Of a stretch of DNA of 64,000 nucleotides, positions 62,804 to 64,000 are shown in pieces. The translations under genes and the position numbers were made by a program. The notes below the pieces were generated by a model, which made no database searches, was not told where the DNA came from, and was given only the letters and a program-made list of their open reading frames with translations. The stretch covers positions 1,760,001 through 1,824,000 of the forward strand of contig OY969811.1 in assembly GCA_963703315.1 (NCBI GenBank), read 5' to 3'. The DNA is from an uncultured cyanobacterium (GTDB lineage Bacteria > Cyanobacteriota > Cyanobacteriia > Pseudanabaenales > Pseudanabaenaceae). The stretch's first letter is position 1, and every line of letters starts with the position of its first letter.

Positions 62804-64000
62804 TTGACTGTTATAGAGGTTATTTTGCAAAACTTTATTCACTTTTTTAGTCCTTTACAATGGGAAATTATTTTAAAAACGGCGCAAATTGCCCATGAAT
62901 TGAATTTACGAGCTTTTGCGGTGGGCGGAATTGTTCGTGATGCCATCATGCATAACAATCACAAATTGTCTGATTTTCCAAAGGATTTAGATTTGGTCTT
63001 TGATGGTGCTGAGCAAGCGGGAATTAAAGTAGCGATCGCCTTACATCAGCTTTTTCCTAATACAAAATTGCATATCCATGAAAACTTTCAAACGGCAGAA
63101 TTAATCTTTCTAGATTTTGAGATCGATATGGCAACGGCACGGCGCGAAACCTATGCTTATGCTGGAGCAAATCCACAGGTGATCGCGACAAGCTTGGAAG
63201 ATGATCTATGGCGGCGAGATTTTACGGTGAATGCCTTAGCAATAGAACTTGATCCGCAATTGGGAATTAAAGGGGAGGTAATCGATCGCTTTGATGGATT
63301 ATCAGATTTAGCTAATAGACAAGTTCGAGCAATTCGAGTGGGTAGTTTTGCTGAAGATCCCCGTCGATTGTTTCGTGCTGTCAGATTTGCCGTACGACTA
63401 GATTTGGCGATCGCTCCTGACACCTATACAGAAATTATTGCCACCACCTCCAGTGGACTCCATGATGCAATTGGAGGAGCTAGGTTACGGTCAGAATTGC
63501 TTTATACGCTAGCGGAGCCGAAAGCAGGCAAAATGTTTGATTTATTGCAAGAATTAGGAGTATTACGCTGTATTCATCCAGATTTAGCATTACCTCACGA
63601 TGCGGATAATTCGTTTACTCGCCAATGGCGGCGATCGCAATATTGGGTCAAGTTACTCAATCGCTTAGAAAACAAAAACTATGCACCAATTCAATTAGGT
63701 GTGGAACTATTACTTTCCTATTTGCCTTACGAAATTTCTACACAACTCGATCTTGGTTTAACTCCTGAGCAAAAGGCACGTCAAGTGAAGTTAGCAGATT
63801 TATTAACAAATGTAGCTGATCTCGTAAATAGTTCCTTTAAAATCTCAGAAATAACCCAAAATCTCCAAAAATTCGATACTCAGACTTTGATCTTAGCTGG
63901 GGCAAAATGTGATCATCCACAACGGCACATCCTCTGGAACTATCTCACCCAATGGCAAATGGTCAAATCTCCCCTAACGGGCGCAGATCTCAAAGAGTTA
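62804..64000 (+). CDS. tRNA nucleotidyltransferase (CCA/A-adding class II); runs off the window, not in ORF track
   Basis: Open frame from TTG 62804 or 62825: AFAVGGIVRD, DLDLV, DMATARRETY, DLWRRDFTVNALA, FAEDPRRLFRAVRF. Confidence 0.88.
   Translation, partial: MTVIEVILQNFIHFFSPLQWEIILKTAQIAHELNLRAFAVGGIVRDAIMHNNHKLSDFPKDLDLVFDGAEQAGIKVAIALHQLFPNTKLHIHENFQTAELIFLDFEIDMATARRETYAYAGANPQVIATSLEDDLWRRDFTVNALAIELDPQLGIKGEVIDRFDGLSDLANRQVRAIRVGSFAEDPRRLFRAVRFAVRLDLAIAPDTYTEIIATTSSGLHDAIGGARLRSELLYTLAEPKAGKMFDLLQELGVLRCIHPDLALPHDADNSFTRQWRRSQYWVKLLNRLENKNYAPIQLGVELLLSYLPYEISTQLDLGLTPEQKARQVKLADLLTNVADLVNSSFKISEITQNLQKFDTQTLILAGAKCDHPQRHILWNYLTQWQMVKSPLTGADLKEL

Overview
64 kb of a cyanobacterial chromosome. 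HIP1 (GCGATCGC) is very dense, and psaF-psaJ, nrrA and GS-III glnN are present; the gene content resembles Pseudanabaena (inference). Housekeeping genes (glnN, rplY, purA, dapB, aroH, tsaD, psaFJ, tRNA-Glu, tRNA nucleotidyltransferase) are interleaved with small accessory or defence-like islets: ABC-ATPase + DUF4276-like pair, a 1991-aa DUF4011/SF1 helicase/nuclease hit by an intact ISAs1, VapBC, MazEF + OLD-type nuclease, and a stand-alone T4-like RNA ligase 1 + polynucleotide kinase/phosphatase pair. About 35 intergenic palindromes have unrelated arms, but most share a C-NNA-G triloop; several sit inside TA-ended MITE-like families. Other oddities are a phycobiliprotein-like gene next to a duplicated linker-domain gene behind an NtcA box, a pseudo-GAF/pseudo-Hpt protein, an EVE-like/TPR/DUF3883-like fusion, and a consensus promoter clamped by twin operators ahead of a PEP-CTERM-like gene. 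No CRISPR array or prophage was seen. All family assignments are by eye from motifs; no searches were run.
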